Counted from the first letter of the stretch, positions 42,421-55,042 are shown. The stretch is 64,000 nucleotides of DNA from Dehalococcoidia bacterium (GCA_964291495.2 OZ219871.1:1-64000), one strand, 5' to 3'. Notes: generated by a model from the letters alone, not told the origin. Made by a program: numbers and translations.

Positions 42421-42516
42421 GCGGCCGCAGTACAGTACGTCCAGGCACATCGGGCGCCGTGCGCCCCACGAGACGCCTGCGCAATAGCTGGACAGTGGAG
42501 AGAAGGAGCCGATCAG

Positions 42517-43902
42517 ATGAGCAGCGGGCGGGTGGTCATCGTCGGTGGGGGCTTCGCGGGCCTCAGCGCCGCCTACACGCTGATGAAGCGGGGCATCACT
42601 CCCGTCCTGCTCGAGGCTGAGGATCATGCGGGCGGGCGCGGCAGCGGCGAGCGCGTGGACGGCTTCTCCCTGGACATGGGCGCGTTCGTCTTCACCTCCA
42701 CCTACGACACCGCATTCCGCATCTGCGAGGAGCTGGGACTCCCGCTGGTGCGCTCGCAGATGAAGTTCGGCCACTACCGCGATGGGCGCTGGGTGACCAC
42801 GACGCCTGATCAGTCGCTCTGGAACTTCATGCGGCACTTCCGTGCGGCCATCGCCATGGGCTTCCTCTCGCCCTCGGGCCTGCGGTCCGGGTTCAAGGTG
42901 ATGCGGGAGATCCACCAGCAGGCGCCGTACATGAGCTTCGCCAGCGACAGCCCCCTCGCCGAGATCGACGACGACGAGAGCTTCGGCGAGTACCTCGAGC
43001 GGCTCGGCGTGCCCGAGAGGCTGCAGGTGACGCTCGAAGCGCCCCTCAAGATGATCCTGGGCGACCCGGCGCCGGCGGGCCAGGCCCTGATGCGGGCCTA
43101 CATCGGGGAGACGATGCTGCACTCCGGCCAGGTTTCGATGCCCGAGCGCGGCATCGGCTCCCTCAGCGAGGCGCTCGCGACGTACTGCGCCGATGTGATT
43201 CGCGTATCCACGCCCGTCAGGCGCATCGTCGTCAACGACGGGAAGGCGACCGGCGTCGTCGTGGACGGCGAGACGATTGAGGCGGACGCGGTGATCTCCG
43301 CCGTCCCCGGCACGAAGGTCCCGGACCTCATCCCCGACCTGCCGACGGAGACTCGTCGCGCGCTCGGCGCCGTCAGCTACTCAACCGGCTGCCGGGTGGT
43401 GATCGGTCTCGACCACTCCCCGCTCCCTCCGGGCTGGCATGGCGCGCTCTACCCGGAGGACGACGACGCCCCGCTTCTGCTGGACCGCGCCGTCTTCCTG
43501 CCCGACTGCGCGCCTCCCGGCAAGGGCCTGCTCGACCTGCTGATCGGGCGCGAGCGCGCGAAGGAGCTCATCCCGCTCGACGACGAGGACGTGAAGCGCG
43601 AGCTGCTGGGCGCCGCTCGCCGGAACGCGCCTCCGGGCTCCGCTCTTCCCGGCGACGACGAGGGCCTGTTCTATCGCGTGTACCGCTGGGAAGAGGCGCT
43701 ATGCATGGGGACACCCGGGATGCTCGCCGCGATGGCGAAGATCCCGGGGCAGCTCGCGGGGCGCATCGACAACCTGTTCCTGGCGGGCGACTACATGGGC
43801 ATCCCCTCGGTCAACGGCGCCCTCTCCAGCGGCCGCAGCGCCGCCAGCGAGGTCGCCGACTTGCTGGCCTCTCGCACCAACCGGGCAGGGCGTCCGGTTT
43901 GA
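42517..43902 (+). CDS. FAD-dependent oxidoreductase (amine oxidase/protoporphyrinogen oxidase-like)
   Basis: IVGGGFAGLSAA, LEAEDHAGGR, DMGA, LFLAGDY. Confidence 0.85.
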   Translation: MSSGRVVIVGGGFAGLSAAYTLMKRGITPVLLEAEDHAGGRGSGERVDGFSLDMGAFVFTSTYDTAFRICEELGLPLVRSQMKFGHYRDGRWVTTTPDQSLWNFMRHFRAAIAMGFLSPSGLRSGFKVMREIHQQAPYMSFASDSPLAEIDDDESFGEYLERLGVPERLQVTLEAPLKMILGDPAPAGQALMRAYIGETMLHSGQVSMPERGIGSLSEALATYCADVIRVSTPVRRIVVNDGKATGVVVDGETIEADAVISAVPGTKVPDLIPDLPTETRRALGAVSYSTGCRVVIGLDHSPLPPGWHGALYPEDDDAPLLLDRAVFLPDCAPPGKGLLDLLIGRERAKELIPLDDEDVKRELLGAARRNAPPGSALPGDDEGLFYRVYRWEEALCMGTPGMLAAMAKIPGQLAGRIDNLFLAGDYMGIPSVNGALSSGRSAASEVADLLASRTNRAGRPV

Positions 43903-44057
43903 GCCCACGCTGTCATACTGAGCGCAGCGAAGATCCGAGGGCAGGCCGGGCGTACTCCCGGAGGCAGCGAGGCTGGACCGCCGGCCTTGCAGATCGCAGG
44001 ACTCTCGTGGGAGGGTCACACGGAACGCGCGACGCGTCGCTACGCGAGGGGGACCGC

Positions 44058-44669
44058 ATGCTGCAACGGGGAACGGCGGCCGCGGTCATCCTCGCGCTGT
44101 CTCTCGTCCTCGCTGCATGCGGCGGCTCGGACGAGGCCGCGACCGGCGACGGGGCTTCCCCGACACCCGCGTCCACGCCAGCGGCCACTGCCTCACCTCA
44201 GCCTGAGGCCACGCCGACGGCCACCGCCACGCCTCGGCCCGAGGCCACTCCCACCGCGACGGCATCCGCGCCGACGGCCACTGCCACGCCCGCGGCGGAA
44301 GCCACTCCCACCGCGACCGCATCCGGGGAGGCCGCCTCCAGCGACCCCGTGGACCTCGTGGAACACCTCCGCCAGCGGACCATGCAGATGTGGGAGGTCT
44401 ACAACACGTACGACATCGACGCGCTCAAGGCCTTCTACGAGGAAAGCTACTTCCAGGAGGAAGAGGACGAGCTCCGGGCGAACATCCGGCCCTTCAGGAC
44501 CTTCGGCGCGAAAGTCAAGGCGGAGGAGACTTCACCGCCCATGGAGGTCGCTCCGGGCAAGTGGGAGACGAGGCACACCGGATCGTTCCCGTTCGGCTCG
44601 GTGAAGATGATCTTCATCTGGGAAGAGTTCGACGGAGTGTGGCTGCTCACCTACGCGGAACCCGAGTAG
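44058..44669 (+). CDS. Lipoprotein with Pro/Thr/Ala stalk and small NTF2-like C-terminal domain
   Basis: Lipobox LAAC, ATPTATA repeats, DIDALKAFY..IWEEFDGVWLL. Confidence 0.7.
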   Translation: MLQRGTAAAVILALSLVLAACGGSDEAATGDGASPTPASTPAATASPQPEATPTATATPRPEATPTATASAPTATATPAAEATPTATASGEAASSDPVDLVEHLRQRTMQMWEVYNTYDIDALKAFYEESYFQEEEDELRANIRPFRTFGAKVKAEETSPPMEVAPGKWETRHTGSFPFGSVKMIFIWEEFDGVWLLTYAEPE

Positions 44670-44830
44670 GTCGAAACACGCGGCGCACGCACGCCGGCCC
44701 CGCGTCCGACGGGTCCGAGGAACCTCGATAGCCGGGAAGTCGCCCTACAGCACGTGCGGGCATCCGGCATCCACGGGGTGCTCGGCTATGCTTGGTTCCG
44801 GCGCTTCGGAGTGCGGAGGCACACGCTGCC

Positions 44831-45478
44831 ATGGCCAACGATCGATTCGTCGGGATTCTGCTCATCCTGCTGGGGATTCTGTTCCTGGCGCCACGCGTAA
44901 GCGGCCTCGAATTGCCACTGGAGCAGTGGTGGCCGCTCTTCCTCGTGGTGATCGGCCTCGCCAGCGCCTCGAGCGGCAATCTGAGGGGCGGCGTCGCGGT
45001 CATCGCCGTCGGGGCCGCGTTCCTGCTCCACAACCTGGAGATCGTCGGGTTCGACCTGTCGTCGCTGTGGCCGGTAGCGCTCATCGCAGTCGGGGCGGCC
45101 ATGATCTTCGGCTTCTGGCGCTCTGGCTCCAACCGGATGACCGAGGCAGGCGACGAGCTCAACGTCGCCAGCCTCTTCTCCGAGAGCAACCAGGTCGCCG
45201 CAAGCGAGCATTTCCGGGGAGGCAACGTCTCCGCGACCTTCGGGAGCGCGGAGATAGATCTCCGCTCTGCCGCTCCCCTCGACGGCGTGGCCACGGTCAA
45301 CGTCAGCGTGCTGTTCGGTCGCATCACCCTCCGGGTACCGCCCGACTGGGCGGTCGAGGTGCGCTCGTCGGCCACCTTCGGAGGCATTGAGTCGAAACGG
45401 GCGGAACCCTCCGACCCGCGAGCCAGACTCATCGTCACGGGCTCTTGCCTGTTCGGCGAGATCCAGATCGCGTCCTGA
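44831..45478 (+). CDS. LiaF-related membrane protein (DUF5668 TM region + beta domain)
   Basis: WWPLFLVVIG/LWPVALI, FGSAEIDLR, FGRITLRVPPDW. Confidence 0.8.
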   Translation: MANDRFVGILLILLGILFLAPRVSGLELPLEQWWPLFLVVIGLASASSGNLRGGVAVIAVGAAFLLHNLEIVGFDLSSLWPVALIAVGAAMIFGFWRSGSNRMTEAGDELNVASLFSESNQVAASEHFRGGNVSATFGSAEIDLRSAAPLDGVATVNVSVLFGRITLRVPPDWAVEVRSSATFGGIESKRAEPSDPRARLIVTGSCLFGEIQIAS

Positions 45479-45644
45479 GCAGCAGCCAACCGATCGGTAC
45501 ACGAGTGCCGCGGGACCGGGAGGCCGGACCCTCCGCGAGCTGAAGTCCGCGGCACGGCGCCAGCGGGCCCCCGTATTTCACTTGTTGTGCTAGCGTGAGC
45601 GCGTAACGGGACTTTGTCGCACTAACGGCGGAGGGGAGGACACG

Positions 45645-46823
45645 ATGCCGACCATTTCATGGAGGAGCATCGTCTCGCTCGCGCTGGCCGTGTTGCTGAT
45701 CCCGCTTGCGTTCGCCTGCGGCGACGATGGCGGCGACGAGCCGTTCCGGATCGGCGTGATGGAGTCGGCGACCGGGCCCGGCGAGACCTACGGCCGGGTT
45801 GCCATCCAGGCCAAGCAGATGGCCGTCGACGAGATCAACGCGGCGGGCGGGATCAACGGCCGCATGCTCGAGCTCGTCGTCGAGGACTCGAAGTGCAACG
45901 CGCAGGACGCCATCACCGCCTACAACAAGCTCACCGACGTCGACGGCGTGAAGATCATCCTCGGCACCTCGTGCAGCGGCGCGATGCTCGGCGCCGCCCC
46001 GCTGGCGGAGGCCGACGGCGTGGTGCTCTTCTCCGGGCTGGCGACCAACCCCGACATTGCCAACGCCGGCGACTACATCTTCCGAACCTCGATGAGCGAC
46101 GCGCAGGTCGGCATCGACACCGGCAACCTGATGTGGGCCGACGGTGTCCGCACGCTGGCGACGATTACCGAGTCGACCGACTACGCCGAGGGCGTGCGGC
46201 GCACCTCGGTGGCGCAGTTCGAGAAGCGCGGCGGCCAGGTGGTGGGCGCCGAGCGCTACGCCTCGGACGTCACGGACTTCAGAACCCAGCTGACGAAGCT
46301 GCTGAACGAGAGCCCGGACGCGCTGCACGTCGCCGCGCAGTCCGAGTTCACCGGCGGCACGATTCTCAAGCAGGCCCGCGAGCTGGGCTACACGGGCCCG
46401 ATCTACTCCGACATCGTGCCCGTCGGCACCACCGCGATCGAGATCGCGGGAGATGCGGCGACCGGCGTGAAGGCGGTCATCGCCGACCTCGACCCGGCCA
46501 ACGCGAAGGGCCAGGAGGTGCTCAGTACGTTCCGGGGGCGCTACGGCTACGTCACGCTCGCCTGGTATCTCGGCTCGGCCTACGACGACGTGCACATCGC
46601 CGCCGCCTGCCTCGAGGAAACCGACGACGACCAGGACGCCGACGGGTTCCGGGACTGCCTCTACGACATCACCTGGAGCGGCGCGATCGGGGACAACTAC
46701 AGCTTCGACGCGAACGGCGAGGTCGTCGGCCTCACGAACGTCGTCGTCGAGGTGCTGCCAACGGGCGAGCGAACGCCGGAGAACAACGGCTACAGGACGC
46801 TGGGCTCCGCGCCCAGCGAGTAG
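45645..46823 (+). CDS. Liv-type ABC transporter substrate-binding lipoprotein
   Basis: AVDEINAAGGINGR.LELVVED, DFRTQLTKL; lipobox AFAC. Confidence 0.92.
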   Translation: MPTISWRSIVSLALAVLLIPLAFACGDDGGDEPFRIGVMESATGPGETYGRVAIQAKQMAVDEINAAGGINGRMLELVVEDSKCNAQDAITAYNKLTDVDGVKIILGTSCSGAMLGAAPLAEADGVVLFSGLATNPDIANAGDYIFRTSMSDAQVGIDTGNLMWADGVRTLATITESTDYAEGVRRTSVAQFEKRGGQVVGAERYASDVTDFRTQLTKLLNESPDALHVAAQSEFTGGTILKQARELGYTGPIYSDIVPVGTTAIEIAGDAATGVKAVIADLDPANAKGQEVLSTFRGRYGYVTLAWYLGSAYDDVHIAAACLEETDDDQDADGFRDCLYDITWSGAIGDNYSFDANGEVVGLTNVVVEVLPTGERTPENNGYRTLGSAPSE

Positions 46824-46889
46824 ACTCGACGCGGGCCGGCCGGTCGGCCGGGCCGCCCGCCCTCCCCAGGCATTGAGGGGCCCGCATCG

Positions 46890-48266
46890 GTGAGCGTTGG
46901 GCTCGGAGGCATCGACTTCGCGAGGTATCGCGATCGCCAGAGTACGCTCGTGGCGATCGTGCTGGCCGTCGCCGCCGTCGCCTACGTCGCCTGGAAGATC
47001 AGCGAGTCGCCTGAGCAGGCGCTGCAGTTCGCGTTCAACGGCCTCTCCGTCGGCGCGGTCTACGCGCTGCTCGCGATGGGCTTCACGCTCGTCTACAGCA
47101 CTGTCTGGTTCTTCGACCTCTACTACGGGGCCGCCGCCGCGATCGGCGCCTACGGCGTCTTCTACCTGCGCTCCGGGGAAGCCCTCGGAGGGCTCTACGA
47201 GGTCAACGAGCCGTTCGTCAATATCGCCTTCGCCGCCGTCGTCGCGGGCGTGGTCGCGTGGGCGCTGCGCGAGGGGCTCTACACGCGCCTGCGCAATCGC
47301 TACCGCACGCGGAACCTGATCCTCACGGCCAGCCTGCTCTCAGTCGCCGCGGGCAGCTACGCGGGCCTCGTGCTCACCCGCCCGAACGAGATCGAAGTGC
47401 TGCTCAGTCCCGCGATCGGCGTGGCCGTGGCGCTGGGCGTGCTCTGGATCCTCCGCCGCGGCCACCGATTCGCGCACGGAAGCGCCCTCCCGAGGCCGCT
47501 CTTCGCCATCGCGGCAATCGCTGCGGCGCTCGCCGGCGGGTACTGCGCGCTGCTCGTGGCGGGCGCGCCGGGCTCCCGCCTCTACCTCAGCTGGGCTGTC
47601 TCCTGCCTGCTGGCCGGCGCCGTCGGCCTCGCGCTCTATCGAGGGCTCTACGTCTACATGATCGCGCGGGCCCGCTCCCCGCTGATCATGCTCGTCGCCT
47701 CGCTCGGCGTGCTGCTCGCCATGACCGCGGCGACCACCATCGTCTTCCAGGCCGCTCCGCGTCCCCTGCCGGACGCCTTCGGCACCGATCCCGTGGTCAT
47801 CGGCGGGGCGACCATCAAGGGCTTCAACGTCTTCACAATCGGCGTCGCGCTCGTCGGGTTCGCCGGCCTCTGGCTGCTCCTCAAGCGCACCTCCTTCGGC
47901 AAGGCCGTGCGCGCGATCGGCGACGACGAGGAGGTCGCGAAGGTGGTGGGGATCAACACCACCGTCGTGATCGCCGTCGTCTTCTTCATCGGCGCCGTCT
48001 ACGCCGCGCTGGCCGGGCTGCTGAGCGGCCACGACACCGCGATCCAGCCCCGCATGGGGCTGCTGCTGCTGCTCAAGGGCTGGATCGCCTCGGTGGTCGG
48101 CGGTCTCGGCAATCTCTACGGCGCGATCGTCGGTGGCTTCGCCCTCGGGATGGTCGAGCAGTTCGGCATCTGGGACCTGGCGGGGGAGTGGCGGGACGTG
48201 ATCTCCTTCGGTGTGCTGATCCTCTTCCTCTCGTTCTGGCCCAAGGGCCTGCTGCCGAGGAAGTAG
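46890..48266 (+). CDS. Liv-type ABC permease (LivH-like, with internal TM insertion)
   Basis: NGLSVGAVYALLAMGFTLVY, TSFGKAVRA, VVGGLGNLYGA. Confidence 0.88.
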   Translation: MSVGLGGIDFARYRDRQSTLVAIVLAVAAVAYVAWKISESPEQALQFAFNGLSVGAVYALLAMGFTLVYSTVWFFDLYYGAAAAIGAYGVFYLRSGEALGGLYEVNEPFVNIAFAAVVAGVVAWALREGLYTRLRNRYRTRNLILTASLLSVAAGSYAGLVLTRPNEIEVLLSPAIGVAVALGVLWILRRGHRFAHGSALPRPLFAIAAIAAALAGGYCALLVAGAPGSRLYLSWAVSCLLAGAVGLALYRGLYVYMIARARSPLIMLVASLGVLLAMTAATTIVFQAAPRPLPDAFGTDPVVIGGATIKGFNVFTIGVALVGFAGLWLLLKRTSFGKAVRAIGDDEEVAKVVGINTTVVIAVVFFIGAVYAALAGLLSGHDTAIQPRMGLLLLLKGWIASVVGGLGNLYGAIVGGFALGMVEQFGIWDLAGEWRDVISFGVLILFLSFWPKGLLPRK

Positions 48267-48269
48267 CCG

Positions 48270-49325
48270 ATGGCGATCAATCCACGGGCAATCGGGGCGC
48301 TGGCCGCGTCGGCGCGCGATCCTCGGGCGTTGCTGCGCCACGCCCGAGGCAACGTGGAGCTCTGGGCGAACCTGATCGTGCTCAGCTGGGCGGTCGCGTT
48401 CATGCTCTGGCAGGGGGTGGGCTTTGCGATCACGCTCGGCACCGTCTTCGCGATCTGGGCGATCCTCGCGGTCAGCCTCAACCTCGTCGTCGGCTTCACG
48501 GGCCTGCTCTCGATCGGACACATCGGCTTCTTCGGCATCGGCGCCTACGCGATGGCGTTCCTGACCTCGGACGCCTCATACGAGCAACTGCGGACCGAGG
48601 CGATCCCGACGCTCGGCTGGCCCTTCTTCGCGGCGCTGCCGGTGAGCGTGGCGCTCGCGGGGGTGCTGGCGCTGCTGGTAGGGATCGTCTTCAACCGCTT
48701 CCGGGACGACATCTTCGTGCTCGTCTCCTTCGGATTCGCGATCATCGCGTTCAGCGTCTTCCTGAACCTGCGGAGCGTCACGCGGGGCGCCTTCGGCATC
48801 CACGAGATCGAGCGGCCCGCGATCGGCGGCTGGGTGCTCGACGGCGAGGTCGAGTTCCTGGTCTTCGCGCTGATCTGCCTCGCGCTGGTCGTCCTCGTCT
48901 GCTGGCTGATCGTCACCTCCTCGTTCGGCCGCGTGCTGACCGCGATCCGCGAGGACGAGCAGGCGATCGCGGTCTTCGGCTACCAGGTGATGCACTACAA
49001 GCTGGCGGTGTGGGTGATCTCGGCGATGATGGCGGGCCTCGCGGGCGGCCTGTTCGGCAGCTGGACGAGCTTCATCGACCCCAACTCCTTCATCCTGCTG
49101 GAGTCGATGCTGCTGGTCTGCATCGTGATCCTCGGAGGGCTGGCGACGATCTGGGGCTCGCTGCTGGGGGCGATGGCCTACGTGCTGCTCGAGGAAGGCA
49201 TGCGCTTCCTGCCCTTCATCCCACCGGAGTTCGTCGGCCAGGTGCGGCAGATCGTGCTCGGCGTCCTGCTCGTGCTGCTGATGTTGTTCCGGCCTCAGGG
49301 GCTGGTCGGGAGGTACAGGCTGTGA
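48270..49325 (+). CDS. Liv-type ABC permease (LivM-like)
   Basis: SLNLVVGFTGLLSIGH..FFGIGAY, FGRVLTAIREDE, FRPQGL. Confidence 0.9.
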   Translation: MAINPRAIGALAASARDPRALLRHARGNVELWANLIVLSWAVAFMLWQGVGFAITLGTVFAIWAILAVSLNLVVGFTGLLSIGHIGFFGIGAYAMAFLTSDASYEQLRTEAIPTLGWPFFAALPVSVALAGVLALLVGIVFNRFRDDIFVLVSFGFAIIAFSVFLNLRSVTRGAFGIHEIERPAIGGWVLDGEVEFLVFALICLALVVLVCWLIVTSSFGRVLTAIREDEQAIAVFGYQVMHYKLAVWVISAMMAGLAGGLFGSWTSFIDPNSFILLESMLLVCIVILGGLATIWGSLLGAMAYVLLEEGMRFLPFIPPEFVGQVRQIVLGVLLVLLMLFRPQGLVGRYRL

Positions 49326-50077
49326 GCGCCGCCGACTCCCGCGACGCCTACGCCGTCGAGACGATCGAGATCTCGAAGCACTTCGGCGCGGTGCGGGCCG
49401 TCGACGAGCTAAGCGTCTCGATCCCGCACGAGGGCATCACGAGCATCGTCGGGCCGAACGGCTCCGGGAAGTCGACGCTGGTCAACCTGCTGAGCGGCGT
49501 GCTGCCACTGGACGGCGGCCTCGTGATCCTCGACGGCGTGCGGCTGCGCGTGGTGAAGGCGCACGAGACGCCGGAGCATGGCGTCACCCGCACCTTCCAG
49601 GAGGTGCGGCTCTTCGACCAGATCAGCGTCCGGGACAACATCATGGTGGTGCTCACCAGCCGACGCCTGCTGCCCGCCCTGCTGGAGCGAGCGACGCCCG
49701 CCCACAGGGAGCGAACCGAGCAGATCCTCCGCGAGGTCGGAATGTGGGAGAAGCGCGACTCCCTCGCGCAAGAGCTGTCGTACGGCCAGCGCAAGCTGCT
49801 CGAGATCGGGCGCGCGCTGGCCCTCGACGTGCGCACCTACCTGTTCGATGAGCCCTTCGCGGGGCTGTTCCCGGAGATGCTGGAGCGCGTCAAGGAGATC
49901 GTGGTGCGGATGCGCGATGAGGGCCGCACGCTGATCTTCATCTCGCACAACATGGACATCGTGCGCGAGCTGCCGGACCACCTGATCGTCCTCGACAGCG
50001 GCAGGCTGCTCACGGAGGGTGAGGTCCACGACGTGCTGAGCCGCGAAGAGGTGATCGAGGCGTACCTGGGCGACTAG
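49322..50077 (+). CDS. Liv-type ABC ATP-binding subunit (LivG-like)
   Basis: GPNGSGKST, RTFQ, LSYGQRKLLE, DEPFAG. Confidence 0.9.
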   Translation: MSAADSRDAYAVETIEISKHFGAVRAVDELSVSIPHEGITSIVGPNGSGKSTLVNLLSGVLPLDGGLVILDGVRLRVVKAHETPEHGVTRTFQEVRLFDQISVRDNIMVVLTSRRLLPALLERATPAHRERTEQILREVGMWEKRDSLAQELSYGQRKLLEIGRALALDVRTYLFDEPFAGLFPEMLERVKEIVVRMRDEGRTLIFISHNMDIVRELPDHLIVLDSGRLLTEGEVHDVLSREEVIEAYLGD

Positions 50078-50097
50078 GCCAACGCGGACGGAGAGCG

Positions 50098-50877
50098 ATG
50101 ACGCAGACCGCGACTTCGAATGGCCCCGCCGAGCCGGCGCTGCTCGCGCTGGACGGCGTCTCCGTGCATTACGGCGCGGTCGTGGCCCTCGACGACGTCT
50201 CGCTCGGCATCCGCAAGGGCGAGGTCGTGGCCGTGATGGGTCCCAACGGCGCGGGGAAATCGACCGTGCTGAAGGCAATCATGGGCCTCGCGCCGGTGGT
50301 GGCCGGCGAGGTCTACTGGCGGCAAGAGCGGCTGGCGGCGGCCACGCACGAGATCGTGAAGGAGGGCATCGCCTTCGTACCGCAGGGCCGGCGCGTCTTC
50401 ACCCACCTCACGATCGAGGAGAACCTCGAGCTGGGTTGCCTCTATCTCGGCGACGGGGAGGAGAAGGCGCGGCGGCTCGACTCGGTGATGGAGCTGTTCC
50501 CGATCCTGCACGAGAAGCGGCGCGACATGGCCAGCGCGATGTCTGGAGGGCAGCAGCAAATGCTGGCCCTCGGCCGCGGCCTGATGGCCGACCCCGAGCT
50601 GCTGCTGCTCGACGAGCCGACGCTGGGCCTGGCGCCGATCGTGGTCAGCGAGGTCTTCCAGAAGGTCCGCGAGATCAGCGACCGGCTCGACACGACGATC
50701 GTCCTCGTGGAGCACAACATCCGGGGCGCCCTCGAGATCGTGGACCGCGCCTACGTGCTCGACCGCGGCTGCATCGCGCACGACGGCACGCCAGCCTCTA
50801 TCCGCGAGTCCAACATCCTGACGGACGTCTTCCTCGGCCGCGTCAGGCGCGACGACGGCGGCGAGGGCAGCTCGTAG
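50098..50877 (+). CDS. Liv-type ABC ATP-binding subunit (LivF-like)
   Basis: GPNGAGKST, VPQGRRVF, MSGGQQQML, DEPTLGLAP. Confidence 0.92.
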   Translation: MTQTATSNGPAEPALLALDGVSVHYGAVVALDDVSLGIRKGEVVAVMGPNGAGKSTVLKAIMGLAPVVAGEVYWRQERLAAATHEIVKEGIAFVPQGRRVFTHLTIEENLELGCLYLGDGEEKARRLDSVMELFPILHEKRRDMASAMSGGQQQMLALGRGLMADPELLLLDEPTLGLAPIVVSEVFQKVREISDRLDTTIVLVEHNIRGALEIVDRAYVLDRGCIAHDGTPASIRESNILTDVFLGRVRRDDGGEGSS

Positions 50878-50910
50878 CAGGCGAGGCGGGACGCCTCGGT
50901 GCCTCGCGAC

Positions 50911-51483
50911 TCAGCCGGCCGCGGTCGCCAGCTCGAGGAGCTTCGTCACCGTTCTCCAGTTTCGGCCCGTGCCGATAGTCGCGAGGCCGGAGTCGAAGTA
51001 GCTGTTCGTGAGCTTGCTGCGGGCGACCCCGTTCGGATAGTGGACGAAGACCTCGCGACCCAGTACCGCGAACTCGTCGCCGGGCGAGCGATTCGGGTCC
51101 AGTGCTTCGACATGCGCAGGGTCGGGCAGGTCCTCGAGGAAGAAGACGAGCTGTTTGTTCGGTTCGGTTCCGGAGTCCGCGAAAGGGTTGGCCTGCGCGA
51201 TCAGCTGGAGCTCTCGGGCAGTACGGGTGATCACCGGAATGCGGTACCCGAAGCGGCTCAGGATCGACGCACTGATCAGGGATGGGATCTCTTCAGCGAG
51301 CGCCGGAGCGGCGCGAAAGATCACGTTCCCGCTCTGGATGTAGGTCCGGACGTCGTCGCACCCGGCCTCCCGGAACATCGCGGCGAGATCCGCCATCGGC
51401 AGCTTGTTCTTCCCGCCGACGTTGATCCCGCGAAGCAACGCGACGTGTACGCCTGTCGCGCCATCGATGCTGTCAGCGGACAT
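50911..51483 (-). CDS. DUF1697 family protein
   Basis: VALLRGINVGG, TYIQSGNV, TGRNWRTV. Confidence 0.9.
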   Translation of the reverse strand: MSADSIDGATGVHVALLRGINVGGKNKLPMADLAAMFREAGCDDVRTYIQSGNVIFRAAPALAEEIPSLISASILSRFGYRIPVITRTARELQLIAQANPFADSGTEPNKQLVFFLEDLPDPAHVEALDPNRSPGDEFAVLGREVFVHYPNGVARSKLTNSYFDSGLATIGTGRNWRTVTKLLELATAAG

Positions 51484-51531
51484 GTGAGGCCTCAGTCCGT
51501 TGTGCGGGAGCGCAGCGCAACGCTCGCGCGC

Positions 51532-52698
51532 CTAGCGCTCCTCGATCGGGATGTAGGGCTGGTCGAGCGGGCCGACGTACTGGAGGAGGGGGCGCAGCAG
51601 GATGTTGTTCTCCATCTGCTCGAGGACCTGCACCGTCCAGCCAGGCACCCGCCCGACCGCGAAGATCGGGACGAACAGATCCTGCGGGATGCCGTGCAGG
51701 TAGTAGATCACGCCCGCGAAGAAGTCGACGTTCACGTTCACGCCGAGCCGCCCGTAAGGGCGCATCGCCTCCTGCACCGCCTCGAGGATCGCGTACCACT
51801 TCGGCTCGCCCTTCTCGGCGCTGAGCCGCTGGACGCCCTCGCGCAGGTGGCGGGCGCGGGGGTCCTCGGCGCGGTAGACGCGGTGACCGAAGCCCATGAT
51901 CGGCTCGGAGCGGGACCGCAGTTCCTTGACGTAGGCGGCGGCGCGCTCCGGCTCCTCGATCTCCTGCGCCATCTTCATCACGTTCTCCGCCGCGCCCCCG
52001 TGCGAGGGGCCGGACAGCGCCGCGATCGCGGCGGTGATCGAGCTGTGCAGGTCCGCCTGCGTGCCCGTCACCACTCGCGCCGTGAAGGACGAGGCGTTCG
52101 AGCCGTGCTCGGCGTGGAGGATAAAATCCTTGTCCATCAACCGCGCCGAGTCCTCGCTCGGAACCTCGCCGTCGAGCATGTAGAGGAAGTTCGCCGCGTG
52201 CGAGAGGTCGTCCCTCGGCTCGATCGGGTCCCGGCCCTCGCGGATGGCGTGGTGCGCCATCACGATGGTCGGCACCTGCGAGGTGAGGCGCATGCCCTTG
52301 CGCAACGTGGCGTCGTGCGACTTGTCCGCCGTCTCCGGGTCGATCGCCGAGAGCGCGGACACGGCCGTGCGCAGCACGTCCATCGGGTGGGCGTCCTTGA
52401 CCACCCGGACCACGTCGAGGATCTCACCCGGCAGCGTGCGCGCGGACTTCAACTCGGCGTCGAAGGCGGCGAGCTGGTCGGCCGTCGGCAGGCCGCCGTG
52501 CAGCAGCAGGTAGCCGGTCTCCTCGAACGTGGAGTGCTCGGCGAGATCGTCGATCGAGTAGCCGCGGTACTGGAGCTTGCCGGCGCGTCCGTCGATGAAG
52601 CAGGTCTCGCTGCGGTCGAAGTAGACGCCGTTGAAGCCGCGGTGGATCTGGATCTCGTCGGCCGATGTCATCTCGCCGCCTTCCGCCTTCGGCTCCAT
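51532..52698 (-). CDS. Citrate/2-methylcitrate synthase
   Basis: HAEHGSNAS, HGGA, MGFGHRVY, NVDFF; alternative start at 52671. Confidence 0.93.
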   Translation of the reverse strand: MEPKAEGGEMTSADEIQIHRGFNGVYFDRSETCFIDGRAGKLQYRGYSIDDLAEHSTFEETGYLLLHGGLPTADQLAAFDAELKSARTLPGEILDVVRVVKDAHPMDVLRTAVSALSAIDPETADKSHDATLRKGMRLTSQVPTIVMAHHAIREGRDPIEPRDDLSHAANFLYMLDGEVPSEDSARLMDKDFILHAEHGSNASSFTARVVTGTQADLHSSITAAIAALSGPSHGGAAENVMKMAQEIEEPERAAAYVKELRSRSEPIMGFGHRVYRAEDPRARHLREGVQRLSAEKGEPKWYAILEAVQEAMRPYGRLGVNVNVDFFAGVIYYLHGIPQDLFVPIFAVGRVPGWTVQVLEQMENNILLRPLLQYVGPLDQPYIPIEER

Positions 52699-52762
52699 CG
52701 CAGCCGGAGCGCGCCGCGCGAGCCCCGAGGGGGCGCGGCGCGCAGCCGGCTGATTGTGCGGA

Positions 52763-54511
<1,749 letters not shown>

Positions 54512-54650
54512 AGCGAATCCCTCCCCCGTTGGGCGTGTCGGCGGCGCCGAGTATATCGCAGCCTCTCGCGACAGGCCGCGACGCACTCGAGGCTGCCCCG
54601 AGGCTATGTGCGTCGTATCTCGCGGCGACCGCGTCAGGCCGGGCGCGGTC

Positions 54651-54971
54651 CTACGCGCCGGGCGGCCGGTACTCGACGGACTTCGCGACGGCCTCGTCGA
54701 TCTCCTCGGCAGTCAGCAGCACGGTGGTGCTCCAGCTGATCGCCCCGGCGCCGCCGATGGCGAGGCCGAGCGCGGCCGCCGAAACCTGGTCTGGGACGTC
54801 CATGATGATGCAGAGGTCGTCGTCACCGAAGGCGTAGTAGAAGGCCTCCACCGTGCCCCCGACGGAAGCGATCGCGGCGCTGAGGGCGTCGCGACGGGAT
54901 GTCCCGCCCTCCGCGAGCAGGCCTCCGACTCCCTCGATGCTGTATGACGCTCTGGCCAGATACTTGGGCAT
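54651..54971 (-). CDS. GYD domain protein
   Basis: MPKYL..ASYS.EG, GGTVEAFYYAFGDDD, YRPPG. Confidence 0.85.
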   Translation of the reverse strand: MPKYLARASYSIEGVGGLLAEGGTSRRDALSAAIASVGGTVEAFYYAFGDDDLCIIMDVPDQVSAAALGLAIGGAGAISWSTTVLLTAEEIDEAVAKSVEYRPPGA

Positions 54972-55042
54972 GTTGTTCCTCCTCCGGGCGGCGCATGCAC
55001 GGTTGACGGGCCTAACCGTACTACAGGGGTGCCCCGCCCGAC

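Noticed and set aside
43911-43936. TGTCATACTGAGCGCAGCGAAGATCC, resembling a known type of extragenic repeat
   Set aside because: Single copy with no partner in the window; cannot be supported.
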